64,000 nucleotides of DNA from Squalus acanthias (lineage: Eukaryota): positions 51,212,001 to 51,276,000 of the forward strand of contig CM059427.1 in assembly GCA_030390025.1 (NCBI GenBank). Direction: 5' to 3'. The notes beneath the pieces are model-generated. The model was given only the letters and a program-made list of their open reading frames with translations. It had not been told where the DNA came from and did no database searches. Every line of letters starts with the position of its first letter. The stretch's first letter is position 1. This document shows, one piece after another, positions 39,241-50,484 of this stretch. A program made the position numbers and the translations under genes.

Positions 39241-39533
39241 TAACCAAGGTTCGATACAGGTTTAGCATAACTTCCCTACTTTTCAATTCTATACCTCTAG
39301 AAATAAACCCTAGTGCTTGGTTTGCTTTCTTTATGGCATTGCTAACCTGTGTCGCAACTTTTAGTGATTTGTGTATTTGTACTCCGAGATCCCGTTTTTC
39401 CTCTACCCCACCCAGATTCGCACCCTCCAAGTGATAAGTGACCTCCCTATTCTTCCTACCAAAATGTAATACCTCACATTTATCTGTGTTGAATTTCATT
39501 TGGCAATTATATGCCAATTCTGCAAGTTTATTA

Positions 39534-40425
39534 GAGGGAAAAATTTGGTTGCTTTGTGCCTCCCGTTAGTGCCCTAAGAGGGCACTAATGGGATGCAAAG
39601 CAACAAGCGCCCAGGCGCGGCGATGTTTGCGCAGCTCGTGAAATTGACCAGACATTTTGTGGCGGCGCTAAACACTACCGCCACGATCTCCTGCACCCAC
39701 AGATCGTGACATCAGTCGAGCGTGCAACGCCCCGGTAGCGCCCCGGACTGGATATTGAGTGGCACCCCCTGCCTTTCTGCCTGCCGCTAGCAACGACAGG
39801 TTGAGGGGAGCGTTTTGCAGTCGGGAAGGGACTGGGGGAGCGCTATTTAAAGGCGGCCGCTTCCTGCCTTTTTTTGTCAGCGACATTTTTACACCACGCA
39901 TTCTGAGAAAGAGAGAGAGACTTCTGGAGAGATTCAACGCTATGTGAAGGAGTTTTGGGTGCTGAGCAGCACTTTGCAGGTTCATTTTGATTTGACCTTC
40001 CTTGCATCGATTTAGAAGAGACTGTGGGGGCTGCACTCTGAGCTCTTTCCCTGGGCCTTTCCATTGTTCTTTCCAGCAGATTTGATGTACAGGTCTCTCC
40101 AGGCCGAGATTCAAGGCTGCAATGAGCAGGGTGTGGATGGAGAGCAAGATCGACCCTCCCCTTTAAGAACTGGCCAGCGCCAGTGTGTCTGTGTTCCATT
40201 GCTGACTGACATCACATGAGCTTTGCCAGCGCTCTGAAGTAGTGCCTCGCTCCTCAGTGTTAGCGCCTTAAGAGAGGTGTGTAGCACCTGATTTAGCGCT
40301 CCAATCACCTCCAGTGGCGATAGAAGCCAAGTTTGCAGTCGGAGGCGATAATTAGCGCCAGGCGCTAAACTTTGCGCCCGGCCGATAATTGCGCCCCAAA
40401 CGGAGCGATACCGAATTTCTCCCCC
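39534..40425. mobile_element. Harbinger-type MITE (CpG-rich)
   Basis: TIRs GAGGGAAAAATTTGG / CCGAATTTCTCCCCC, TSD TTA. Removal restores CR1 KLQEDINKLA. Confidence 0.9.
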
Positions 40426-43366
40426 TTAATGTCCTCCTGTAATTTGTTGCAGTCCTGCTCAGTATTGACTAAACCGCCCCCCCCCCCCCCCACCAATTTG
40501 GTGTCATCCACAAATTTAGAGATTATGTTTTTGATTCCAAAGTCTAAATCGTTAATGTAAATTGTGAACAGCAGTGGTCCCACACTGATCCTTGTGGAAC
40601 ACCACTACCCACCTTCTGCCACTGTGAATAGCTACCTTTTACTCCTACTCTCTGCTTTCTGTCCTGAAGCCAGCCAGCAATCCATTCTGCTACTTGTCCC
40701 CTGACTCCGCACTCTCTGACCTTGTTCATCAGTCTATTATGGGGTATCTTATCGAAGGCCTTTTGAAATTACATCTACTGCATTACCATTGTCTACTCTC
40801 TCTGTTACCTCTTCAAAAAATTCAATAAGTTTGGTCAAGCAAGACTTTCCCTTTTGAAATCTATGCTGACTATTCATTATTATATTTTTGGTTTCTAGAT
40901 GTTCTTCTATTCTCTCATTTAGTAGGGATTCCATTATTTTTCCTATCACCGATGTTAAGCTGTCTGGTCTATAATTCCCTGGAAATATTCCATCTCCCTT
41001 CTTAAATATCGGTATTACGTTAGCTATCTGCCAGTCCTCTGGCACCACACCTTTTTCTAACAAATTATTAAATATGCATAGTAATGCCTCTGCTATCTCT
41101 TCCCTAGATTCTTTTAAAATGCATGGATGCAATCCATCCGGACCAGGGGTTTTATCCTCTTTGAGTTTGATTAGTTTATTTAATATATCCCCTTTTTTAT
41201 TTTAAATGCACTTATCTCATTACTAATCTCATCATCCAATGTCATGTCCACCTGTTCTATCTCCCTGGTAAATACTGAAGCAAAATAATTATTTAATATT
41301 TCTGCCATCTCTCTATCGTTACCTGTGATACTACCCTGTCGATCCCTTAATGGCCCTATTCCCATCCCAACCTTCCTTTTTTTATTGATGTACCTGTAAA
41401 ATATTTTACTATTTTGTTTTATGTTCCATGATAATTTAATTTCATTGTTCCTCTTTGCCTCCCTAATTGTTTTTTTGACTTCTCTCCTAATCTTTTTGTA
41501 TTCTGCCTTATCATGCACTCCCCTGCTGTCCATGTACTTAATGTATGCCTCTTTCCTTACTCTCAATTGTTCCCTTATGGCTTTATTCACAAAGGTACTA
41601 AGCTCGTCTGAAGGAGCCCGCAGTGCAACATGGGTGCAGTCACTTGGGGTGACCTGGCCTTGGGAAACCTTGAAATCTGAGCAAACCCCAGAGTCCTATT
41701 ATGCTTCTTTCGGATGTGCATGAGGAATGTGATAAAATTGTTTTTTTTAGCGAATATGGCACCAGTCACCTGATTAAGGCAATCATGAACTGCAGACTTG
41801 GCTGCTATCCCCTGTGGCAGCCTGGACAGAGTCAGAGGCAAAGAAGTTGAGTCCTGCAGTGACCCTGACTGCAACAGACCATTCTATACTAGCTCAGACA
41901 GTTTGTTACAGGTCTTGTTGCAGGAATTGACACAACTCTGTGACAACCTCCCTAGAAAATTGAACTGCAGGTACTGTATGTTGTTCTGGACCTATAAACT
42001 CTGCTGGGAGGGTATGAGTACTCCTACTCATCCTATTTTTTCTCCCTGCAACTCTGTGTGGTCCTTCCCTTCCGTGAGCCAAAGTGGAATTGTTAGAAGG
42101 ACATCCATGATGAAGAAAGTGCATTGCCAGAAGCTCCTCAAGAGTTGAGAACATTGTACAGGTTGAAATAGTCCTAAGTAGCCAAAAACTACCACCTAAT
42201 CCAAGCAAAGTGTCTCCCAAAACTTCCAGCATTTTACCTGAGAGCAACTAAGGATCCCTTTAAATAGTATTGAAAATGGCATCTTCCCGCTATGGATGAT
42301 TCAACTGGAATTGAGAATGGAGGTGGTTTAGTACATCAATTTGGTGGAACGCTGACTCACTCACCAAACTGGAGTATAAACAGAGACTGAGATAAATGGC
42401 TTGAAAGAAGTAGGACTGATGAAAGGTTTAAATATTTGATGTATTTTGCCCTCAGACTTTTACATCAAATTGTATGACAAGCTTGATAGATATAGGATTT
42501 GTATAGTATACAGGGTCCATAACACTAACTTTGCAGCGAGTAAATTATACCAGGAGTACTCGTTACTTGTTTTACCTATTAAGCCTTTTACAAATATACA
42601 TTACTTTCATTTCAGCTGTTTAAATATGTATTTTTGTTGGAAATGTATTACGATATTGGATTTCTTACTGTAACCTTCTACCTGATTTTCATTATTTGTT
42701 TGCTTTGGATTCTTTGTTAGAGAGTGTGATTAACTGAATTTTGAATGTAGTCAGTGGGCAAATTAGAGCTATCTGCCAGTGTTCCCTATGAATGCAATCT
42801 GTCTTGATAACTATGTGTATGCACATGTAACAGTGGAATAATTTTCATATTTCTATATGTGGACAGCTATACAATATGAAACAAACGTCTTGTTCCTTCC
42901 TCAGTCCCAGCAACACAATCCTATCCTCCATGCTGTTTATTTTACTTGTACTGTAATGTCAAAGAGCTACTTCATAGCTTTCGTATTTAGTACCACTGAT
43001 AATAGTTAGTTATGTTTGCCATTGGAAGCACTTCTGCCTCCAGCAATGCAACAAGAAACAACCTCTTAAACTGAGCCTCCATGCCACCTGAGGTACTGGA
43101 GCTGCCATCGTTCGTTACAGCACTGCCATCGAGGCAAGGTGTACAGCAGTGGTATTGTAAAAAAAAAGTAACCTAAGATATTGATTATTTGCACATGTAA
43201 GAATTCTATGAATTGCTGTTGGTGTTCTCTCACCTTGTTACCTTTGATACTAGCATCCAAAATGTGTGTGTATATCTGTGATATTGTATAAGCTGGTAAA
43301 TTTCCATATCTAATACAATTTATTGATAATTCTCCTACAAACTTATGCTAAAGCGGCAGATGCATA

Positions 43367-43979
43367 GGGCTGGATTTTACCAGCCCTGAGGAGGTGGGTT
43401 TGGAGGCGGGACTGCTGGCAAAATCAAAAAGAATGGGAGCGGGTCCCGAAAGCGCTCCCAACCCACCTCCAAATAATCTTCCCGGGAGTCGGGTACCTGA
43501 TTTGTGCAGGGATCCGACTCCTAGCGGCGGAAAGAGGATTATAGCCACTTAACTGCCTGTTAACAGGTAGTTAACAGGCAGTTAAGAGGCTTTTTCCCAT
43601 TTTGAGACTTCTGCTGCGGGCTTCCCGACATTGGGGAACCCCACCAGGGTAAGTGTGGCGTGCTGTGGGTCTGTTGTAATGTTTGTGTATAGATGACAGC
43701 TGCAGAAGTGGTGTGAAGGATCCAATGGGACACTGGTGAGTATCAGAGGTAAGGAGATGTTGGGAAAGTCATTTTTAATGTGTTTGGATTTTTCTGTAGG
43801 TGACAAGCTTTGAAGTGTTTGTGTGGCCTCACCTCATTGGGATAAGTCATAGATGGCTTCTGTAACCAATAACTGCAGCTGCCATCTGTTTTATCCTAAG
43901 GAGAGAGTCATTGGAGAGTCTGAGTGCAAGGGCTCACCTTTGTACAGTGATTGTCAGTGTTTGACAGCACCTCAAAGCT
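43367..43979 (-). mobile_element. Harbinger-type MITE (family B), one end missing
   Basis: TIR GGGCTGGATTTTAC, reverse complement of ~58750-59357. Confidence 0.85.
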
Positions 43980-45337
43980 TGCAGTATTTCTTATTTAAGG
44001 ATAAACATGAAAGATTCTGACATCTTCAATATTATCCGGTCAGCTTCACTGACAGTTATTGACAGTGATGAATTGGTCGGTAGAAATAGATAAAAGAAGA
44101 AATAAAGGATTTCAAATAATCAGCTTCAAAGGTTCTAAATTAATCTGTGGTTATGTGCTGAAAATTTCTAATATAAGGTTAAAACATGTTGCAAATTGCA
44201 ACATATCAGTGTCATAAATTAACAAAACAGTTAGGGCCCAAAATTCCAATGGCGCCGCTGCATCACTGGAAGTGAGGTGGAGTGGGACTGAACTCGCTGG
44301 AAATTGCGGAGTCAGATGATTAGCATAATCAGGAATGTGCAGGCTGCATAAATCCAGTTTACAACACCTCTTGTCATTTCCATTTCCCTCCTGTTCTGCT
44401 TCCATTGTAAGGGCATATATGGAATATCTAGACTGATTGCCATTGTTAAGGCAGAGGGTGGGAAGTAAAATATTTCCATGCCTGAAACTGCTGAAAGGCA
44501 GTTTTCAGAATCTTTCCTTAACAGTTGAGAGAAAAAAAATCTAATCACTCTAGTCAAAGCTGTTATTTCAAAGTTCCACTTCTTGGTTTGACAAGTCATG
44601 CAGGCAACTTACTTCTCTTTTCTACCGGCGTAAGTCTGGGACCTTACCTTTTAGGCTCCCGTCAGGTGCAATTCTGGTGGAGTTTCTCGCACAGCAGATT
44701 TTCCCCTTGTTATGCAGTCATTTGTAAATGTGCACCATTTTGAGGGTGGGCACTTGTTCTGCGAGCACCCTGTTTCACTGCAATCTAGCATGTATTTTTG
44801 AGCAGGTGAAACTCTGGCATATCTGACACATGCCCCAGATTCCAGTCCCCTACATCAGAACTACCCTACTTTTGCCTCCCAAAATTACAGGATGTCAAGC
44901 TCTTATTTGTGAAGTCCCTTGTTATGTGTTAGCTTAAGTGATATTGTGCAAAGTTGTGTTTTCAGTGTAAGGTGGACCACTATATTGATAGCTGTGGTAC
45001 TCCTTCAAAGTAAGTTCCTGTGATCTTCATTAACATCTCACAGCCAATGTTGAAACTGAAATTCTCAAATACATCAGACACAGAGGAAAAGATAAAAAGT
45101 GTTTCAAATTAATGTTATTTGTAACACCTCAATGTTTCAGTTTAGATAGATGAAGGAAAATGGGATAAAGGGATGTGGGAACAGACCAGACCCATGGGAT
45201 TAGAACTACTGTTCATGTGGAAGATAAACGCCAATATTGTCGGGTTAAACTGCCTGTTCCTGTGTTGTACTTTCTATGTAATTCTACATAACAAAATTTT
45301 GCATTTATATAGCGCCTTTAACATAGGAAAACATCCC

Positions 45338-46960
45338 ACATGTACGCTGACCACACCCAGCTCTACCTCACCACCACTTTTCTTGACCCCTCCACTGTCT
45401 CTAAATTGTCACACTGCTTGTCCAACATCCAGTACTGGATGAACAGAAATTTCCTCCAACGAAATATTGCGGTGGGTAATAATGGCGAACTAACAGCATT
45501 CACCGTTACTACCCCTTTGAAACTGGATGTTGCACATGTGCATCTAGAAGCAGAAATCCTGAAGTTGTGGTCAGCTATTCACTGCTCCGACACTGGCTGC
45601 GCTGTGCCCCCCCAACCCCGAATAGCTGGCAATCAGTGTTATCAGTGAAATCAGTGAAACCCATGAAAACTTGGGCTTTTCCGCAGTAATATTGAATACC
45701 CCATTAAATGTTAAGCCTTGTTGGATTTGGTGTAACTGGGGTTTTAACAGCGTATTGACTGCTAAACCCTGAAAAACTAATTTTAATTTTGTGGAGTGTC
45801 AAATTTCTCCATTATGATCAAAAATGCAATTTTTTAAGAAACGTCTTAAATTTTTTTTTTTTTTTTTAAAAGTTTGTTCAGGATATTTCAGGTTCTACCT
45901 TATCCCCATGTGAGAGCCCCACGTTTTGTTTTGCTCTCAGTAACATTTTTAAAAAGTAAGGAGAAAAGCAGCTTCTCATTTCCTGGTTCATTGTCTGTGA
46001 AAATTCTGCAATGTGATTGGTTGCGTAGACAGCTTGTTGACGTCACAGCAACATCACACTAGGGAATTCCCACTACAGAGCACGAAAAAGGCAAACTTCT
46101 CACCACAGAGTTTGTGAGATCTCTGTGGGCAGCTTTCTTTGGGGCCAGCAGTGAATGCCTTTGCTTCGCCACTGACGTCAAACTCTGTTCCCTAGCCACT
46201 GACTCCATCACTCTCCCTGGCAACTGTCTGAGGCTGAACCAGACTGTTCGTAACCTTGGTGTTGTATTTGACCTCGCGATGAGCTTCCGTCCACATATCT
46301 GCGCCATCACTAAGACTGCCCAATTCCACCTCCGTATCATTGCCCATCTCCGCCCCTGCCTCACCTCATCTGCTGCTGGAACCCTCATCCATACCTTTGT
46401 TACCTCTCGACTTGACTATTCCAACGCTTGGCCAGCCTCTCACTTTCTACCCTCTATAAACTTGAGGTCCTCGAAAACTCTGCTGCCCGTGTCCTAATTC
46501 GCACCAAATTCCGTTCACCCATCACTCCTGTTCTCGCTGACCTACATTGGCTCCCGGTTAAGGAACGCCTCGTTTTTAAAATTCTCCTGCTTGTTTTCAA
46601 ATCCCTCCATGCCCTCACCCCTCCGTATATCTGTAATCTCCTTAGCCCTACAACCTTCCAGGATTTGTGTGTTCCTCCAATTCTGGCCTCTTGAGCATCC
46701 CCGATTTTAAACGCTCTGCCATTGGTGGCCGTGCCTTCAGCTGCCAAGTCCTGAAGCTCCGGAATTCTTTCCCTAAACCTCTCCACCTCTCTTTCTTCCT
46801 TTAAGGTGCTCATTAAAACCTACCTCTTCTGCTATAATAGCCCCTTATGTGGCTCAGTGTCAAATTGTGTTTGATAATACTCCTGTGAAGCGCCTTGGGA
46901 CGTTTTACTACATTAAAGGCGCTATATAAACACAAGTTGCTGTTGTTGCTGCTGCTGCTG
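45338..46960 (+). mobile_element. L2 LINE 3' fragment (interrupted)
   Basis: MYADHTQLY, VRNLGVVFD, LIHTFVTSRLDYSNA, ITPVLADLHWLPV, tail GGCGCTATATAAA...(TGT/TGC)n. Confidence 0.9.
45469..46179. mobile_element. MITE-like body lacking TIRs, inside L2
   Basis: Interrupts the L2 reading frame. Its start resembles the subterminal region of the 2418 end. Confidence 0.6.
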
Positions 46961-48189
46961 CCACCGCCACCAGATTGTTATATTTAGAAAATATTTGAAT
47001 AATCAAATCATTTGGTTTTGTGTGGGATTCTTATTTCTAATTGGTAGTTTTCCTGATGAGTACCTCTTTGTATCAGTCTATATGAGTAAATTGGCATGGT
47101 TAACTGAACAGGTTCTTTAAGCCAATCAGATTTATTTTTCTTCTCTACAGATATATTTAATGTGCATTCTACACATTTAATGGTTGCTATACCCAAATAA
47201 TTTATATAGCTAGATCTATTTGAGCTAAAATGCAAGATGTCAGTACTCGTTGTGGAAACTACATGGGTAAGTGCTGAGGTGAGAACTCAGTCCTGACATA
47301 CAAGCAATAAAATGTTTGCACAAAGCAATTTGACAAGTGCCCTTTTGGTGACCCCACTCAAGAAGCCCAGCGCCACATTGTGATTGTTAACCACCTACTA
47401 TATAGCTCTTGCCATTAACACATTAGAGGGTGGCTTTGCAATTTCAACACTTCTTGGTAACCTTTTTCTGCGACCTCCTTCATGTTTTTGAAAAAATCTT
47501 TGTGCTAGTTAAGGATTTAATTTTTATATAACACATTCTGAAGATCAGAACATGTATTTCTAAATTCCTTCATTGATATAAATACCGACACTATTTTGTA
47601 AGCTGGGCCTGTGGATTAAATATGTGAAAGTGTGTTTTTGAAAACTCCATTTTTCTAAATAGCCTTGTAAAATGTTCTGAAATGTTCTAAATTATATCAT
47701 AAATTTTGAAACTGATTCTTGGCTTTATCAGTGCAAAATAAATTGAGGAAGAACATCTAGGGTTGCTGCTTGTTATCGGGAAATCAGAATTTTGATGGGT
47801 AGCACCAGGAGTTTAATGATTACAAATTTTCAAGTTAAATGCTTGAGCACAATTTTGTGTTTACATATTCACCAAGCATCTGGATGGCTGCCGCTGCATG
47901 CACCGTTTCAGTGGGACCGAGCTGTTAACCACCCAGCCTCTGACCCAAACTTACTACAGACACAGGCTTACAAACAACATTAACCCTGCCCTTGTACTGT
48001 ACTTCGTGCCAATTCAGAGTTCTTGCAGCCTTTTGAGCAGACAGGCATCTGCACTTCAAAAACAGTTCTCTTGCCAAACTTTTTCTTGATTGTTTGGCCC
48101 AGTTGTACCTCCTTCTTGACCTTCCTATGTTTATTTTTTTTCTGCTTAGACCTGTGAATCTTCCTCCATTTTGTTTTTGTTAGCTTGTA

Positions 48190-48900
48190 GGCCTTATTCT
48201 GATATAAATATTATTCATAACACGAGTTTATTGTGCACGCCATTATTGGCGTGTAAATAAACCCTCAATTTGCGAATCACCACAAATTGCTGGACGATTT
48301 GCGCTGCTGTTAGCCTCATGAAAACAGGAGCTCATCGTCAACCTCCCTAAGAGTTTCCAGAAATTATTGCATTTGCGCAGTTAAAATGAATTAAATGTGC
48401 TGTAGAAAATTAGGGCTGGTACTTAATGTCGTAAGGACCCTTTTAATGATGAGATTTCTGTTCCTGCAATGCCATTCAATATCTCCAGCACCAAAAGGGA
48501 ACAATTGAAACCTTGGAGACTCATTCCTACAGGTAGTAAATTGTTCTTAGAGGTTTTTAAAATTTAAAAAAAAATTTTTAAAAACTTTTTTTTAGTTTTG
48601 CTTTCTGTCTTTTTTTTCTTTTTCTTAAGCCAATCTTTCTTTCCCGTACATGATTTCTCTTTCTGTATCTAACATGACAAATTCACCATATTTCCTTCTC
48701 CATCTTTCCTCTGTTTCTTTCTCTAGCCTTAAATCCCATTGGTTAATGAGATAGACTGTTGGTCACTAAGATCCCAGATTCCCCATTGACCTCGCCGTTC
48801 TCAGCTCGAACTTCCAGCAATTTGTGGCAAAACAAATTTTGAGCTGAAGGGTGAGGAAAAAAATGTAATGGGGCATGCTGCTCCAGCAAATTCTGGGCCA
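48190..48900. mobile_element. Old Harbinger-type MITE (family E-like)
   Basis: Ends GCAAATTCTGGGCC. Interior similar to the reverse of 1880-2418. Confidence 0.5.
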
Positions 48901-49313
48901 TTGAAAGAATATGAGCAGAGGTATTAGAAATTGACAGATTCATGTACTACCTGGTCAAATTTAATTCTCCTAATGCACAAATGGATGAATTTTGCGCCAG
49001 TACATTAGAATTTTTGGCTTCAGTCCAGCTTTGCTTTGGAATCTATTTAAAGATCAGACTGACTTGGTGGATCAGTGCATTGCACAATGCATAGAATTCC
49101 TCTCATGGGAAGTCCACTTTTTTATTGAAGCCAGTGCAGAGTGAATGTTAGATGTTTCCCTCTAGTTGGTTTAAGCATGACTTTGGTAAAGGATCAGGTC
49201 ACCTACCTAGCTTTTTGCCCAGATGTTGGTATACAATCATGAAAGGAAACTGGACAGCTTAAATATAAAAATGGGAAAGACTGATTGATTTATTTTTAAA
49301 AATATGATATATA

Positions 49314-49580
49314 GGGCTGGATTTTCAATGACCTGTGGAGTCGGGTTTGGAGGCGTGTGGGGGGTTAAAGTTGCAGATTCTCTGACCTGCAATGATGACA
49401 TCATCAGAGGTGACTTTCAGACTGAAAACACTAATTGGTTCATGGGTTCCCACATGCTGGAACTCAATTGCCCAATTAAGTTAAAATTGCATCAATCTCC
49501 CACATCCAATTGCAGGCAGGTGGATAACACGAAATGCGGATGACATGACCCCAACCCACCCCAGTATCAAAATCCAGCCC
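49314..49580. mobile_element. Short Harbinger-type MITE (267 bp)
   Basis: Perfect TIR GGGCTGGATTTT / AAAATCCAGCCC, TSD ATA. The ends resemble family A. Confidence 0.9.
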
Positions 49581-50484
49581 ATAGTCTTTCTAAACTAATC
49601 TACGTTAAAAGGTTTAACTCATTAAAGATATTGAGTTAATATGAAAGCAGCAGTGGGATTTAGAAGAAGAAAAAGCTATGCCATATTCCTGGTGCCCTAA
49701 TTTTGGGATTGTCATTAGAAAGATGACTGTGCTGCTTCAATTTTTGTGTGTGGGTTTAGCACTAATGCCTGTAATGAATAGCAATCCTAGAATAATTGTA
49801 ATGAAAAAGAAGACAGAAACGTAGGGTCAAGTTCACGGATTTTCAGGGAGAAGATATTAGAATACTTTAACGACTTCCAATCAATATGCCATCTCAGGAA
49901 ATGTAAACTTTGAATCGGGCCTAATCCAACGTTACAATAGCCAATCCTGAGACCCAAGTACATACACATGCCAAATGCAACAGCATGATACTGATAACTA
50001 TTGACTTGATGAGGTAACTATTGACTTGATCTATGTAACAATTTTAGGCTTTTGCCTTGGATATTCTCTTGGGTACAGTAGTGCTAGTTATTCCTGTAAA
50101 TCATCTGAGTGTCTTACATTTATGGATATGAGTGTACTGCCCAATATCTAACTATATGACAGGATAACTCAGGGGTGTAAAAACAGTACCATCTTGTGAT
50201 CTGAACTGGATATTTGAGTGTTTCATGCATATCTCTGCCATCTTTTCAAAGATGGACCAAGAAAACATTTGGTAATATAGGGCCAGATGCAAATCATTAC
50301 GCTGCTTTATTTCACATCAAGTGAACATACGGAGCAACTGTTATGATTGGACTCACTTAGTTCAATCGATACAACATGTGTTCATATAATAGAAAATTAT
50401 TAACACGCTATGCTTCCCCATTTCAGTGGATCATCGTTCTTGTCATCTTGCTTTAATTAAGGAAAGTAAATTTGAACTACACTC

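Larger units (their letters stand above)
38414..41584 (-). mobile_element. 5'-truncated CR1 LINE with TSD ATTCACA
   Basis: RT fragments (PEDWQIANV, SQHRFQKGKSC, GVPQGS, KFVDD). ATTCACA at 38407-38413 and 41585-41591. Confidence 0.92.
36563..42250 (-). mobile_element. Decayed Harbinger transposon (transposase on - strand, probable partner gene remnant on + ~36900-37700), split by a CR1
   Basis: FSREVVTELCQFLQQDL, SAVHDCLNQVTGAIFAK, DCTHVALRAP...FVN | RKGFHYINVKQVCDH, FPGR*HDA, WLVGIKGWPLQTWFMTPLRNP, STRTLIEQ, VLHNF. TIR-like GGGGTTGATTTT near 36563. Confidence 0.82.

Noticed and set aside
49995-50030. Short direct repeats (also 18185-18214 and 30244-30287) as a CRISPR-like array
   Set aside because: Only two units each with no spacers of unique sequence, so simple tandem duplications in eukaryotic DNA.
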